Below, piece by piece: positions 31,250 through 32,000 of a DNA stretch of 32,000 bases (position 1 is its first letter; each line of letters begins with the position of its first letter). This DNA is from Mesoplasma florum L1 (lineage in GTDB: Bacteria; Bacillota_I; Bacilli_A; Mycoplasmatales; Mycoplasmataceae). The position numbers and the translations under genes are program-made. The notes beneath the pieces were generated by a model. The model ran no database searches. It saw nothing but the letters and a program-made list of their open reading frames with translations, and had not been told where the DNA came from. The DNA is taken from positions 210,001 to 242,000 of the forward strand of contig NC_006055.1 of the NCBI RefSeq assembly GCF_000008305.1, given 5' to 3'.

Positions 31250-32000
31250 ATGAATTGAAAAAACACTGAAAATAAGTTAAATGAATTTATAGATAATAAA
31301 TTATTTAATGGGGTTGTATTAAAAATAACTAATGAAAACAAAACAATTTATTTTAATAGTTTTGGGTATTCAAATCTTGAGGAAGAAGTTAAAATGAACA
31401 ATGACAACATATTTGCATTGTATTCAATGACAAAACCAATTACAGTTATTGCATGTTTACTATTGATACAAAGAGGATTATTATCTTTTGAAGATAAAAT
31501 TTGTTATTTTTACTCAGATTTTAATGAAGAAATTAAAATAAAGCATTTATTGAATATGACATCTGGATTGACTTATTTTTGAAATAACTCAGAAAGTGGA
31601 AAAGAAATTAAAGATGCTTTTGACTTGGTTGAAAATGAAAATATATCTTTACAAAATTTTTGTGAAAAAATTAGTAAAGCTAAGGTAATTTCTAAACCAG
31701 GAGCTGAGTGACATTATGGTGTTTCACTCGATATCATCGGTGGAATAATTGAAAAGATTTCAAATCAAGGATTTAATGATTTTGTTAATGAAAATATACT
31801 TGCACCTTTAGAGATGCAAGATACTGCTTTTTATATAAAAGATTTAAATAGAAAAACACAAGTATATGAATTTAAAAAAACAATAGATGGAAACAAATTA
31901 GTTTCTAATAAAGATTTTCATTTCCTTATGCCGTTTACAAATAAACAACCAGCAGCTTCATTGGGTGGCAGCGGATTATTTTCTACAGCTGATGATTACT
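31250..32000 (+). CDS. Beta-lactamase-fold serine hydrolase (SxxK family), truncated at window end
   Basis: ALYSMTKPITVIACLLLIQRGLLSFEDKI (S-x-x-K), IKHLLNMTSGLTYF, PGAEWHYGVSLDIIGGIIEKIS (Tyr motif), GGSGLFSTADDY. Confidence 0.83.

Noticed and set aside
1-32000. CRISPR arrays, transposons, prophage, restriction-modification, toxin-antitoxin or retron-like elements
   Set aside because: Searched by eye for regular direct repeats, transposase/integrase/reverse transcriptase motifs and small paired toxin-like ORFs. None were seen. tRNA and rRNA genes were also not recognised in this window.

Overview
This window is a 32 kb AT-rich chromosomal segment of a mollicute that reads UGA as Trp (genetic code 4). 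Gene content and order suggest Entomoplasmataceae, Mesoplasma/Entomoplasma-like; that is an inference from gene families, with no database search. The supplied ORF track breaks genes at in-frame TGA. Re-reading TGA as Trp merges the fragments into about 32 gene calls. They are: fruK (3' end), fruA (PTS IIABC), a three-gene ABC exporter, a small Cys protein, a formate/nitrite-type transporter, crr, infC-rpmI-rplT, a CxxC/HxxC small protein, trpS, nadK, rsmD, gmk, rsmB, a tail-anchored coiled-coil protein, cmk, der, gpsA, hup, dnaD-like, recU, gpsB/divIVA-like, rnpB, pncC/cinA-C, recA, rny, a Gfo/Idh/MocA oxidoreductase, rnr, smpB, three small membrane proteins, ptsG (IICB), add, and the 5' part of a SxxK serine hydrolase. 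I found no CRISPR array, transposase, phage, integrase, restriction or toxin-antitoxin locus. I cannot claim a clearly new biological system. The points most worth following are: two paralogous ~76-aa membrane proteins flanking a membrane-anchored protein next to ptsG; an ABC exporter ATPase with a degenerate signature and no H-loop His; a GpsB-like protein beside rnpB in an organism expected to be wall-less; an infC leader with mutually exclusive helices; and a recU reading frame that runs convergently into the end of dnaD.
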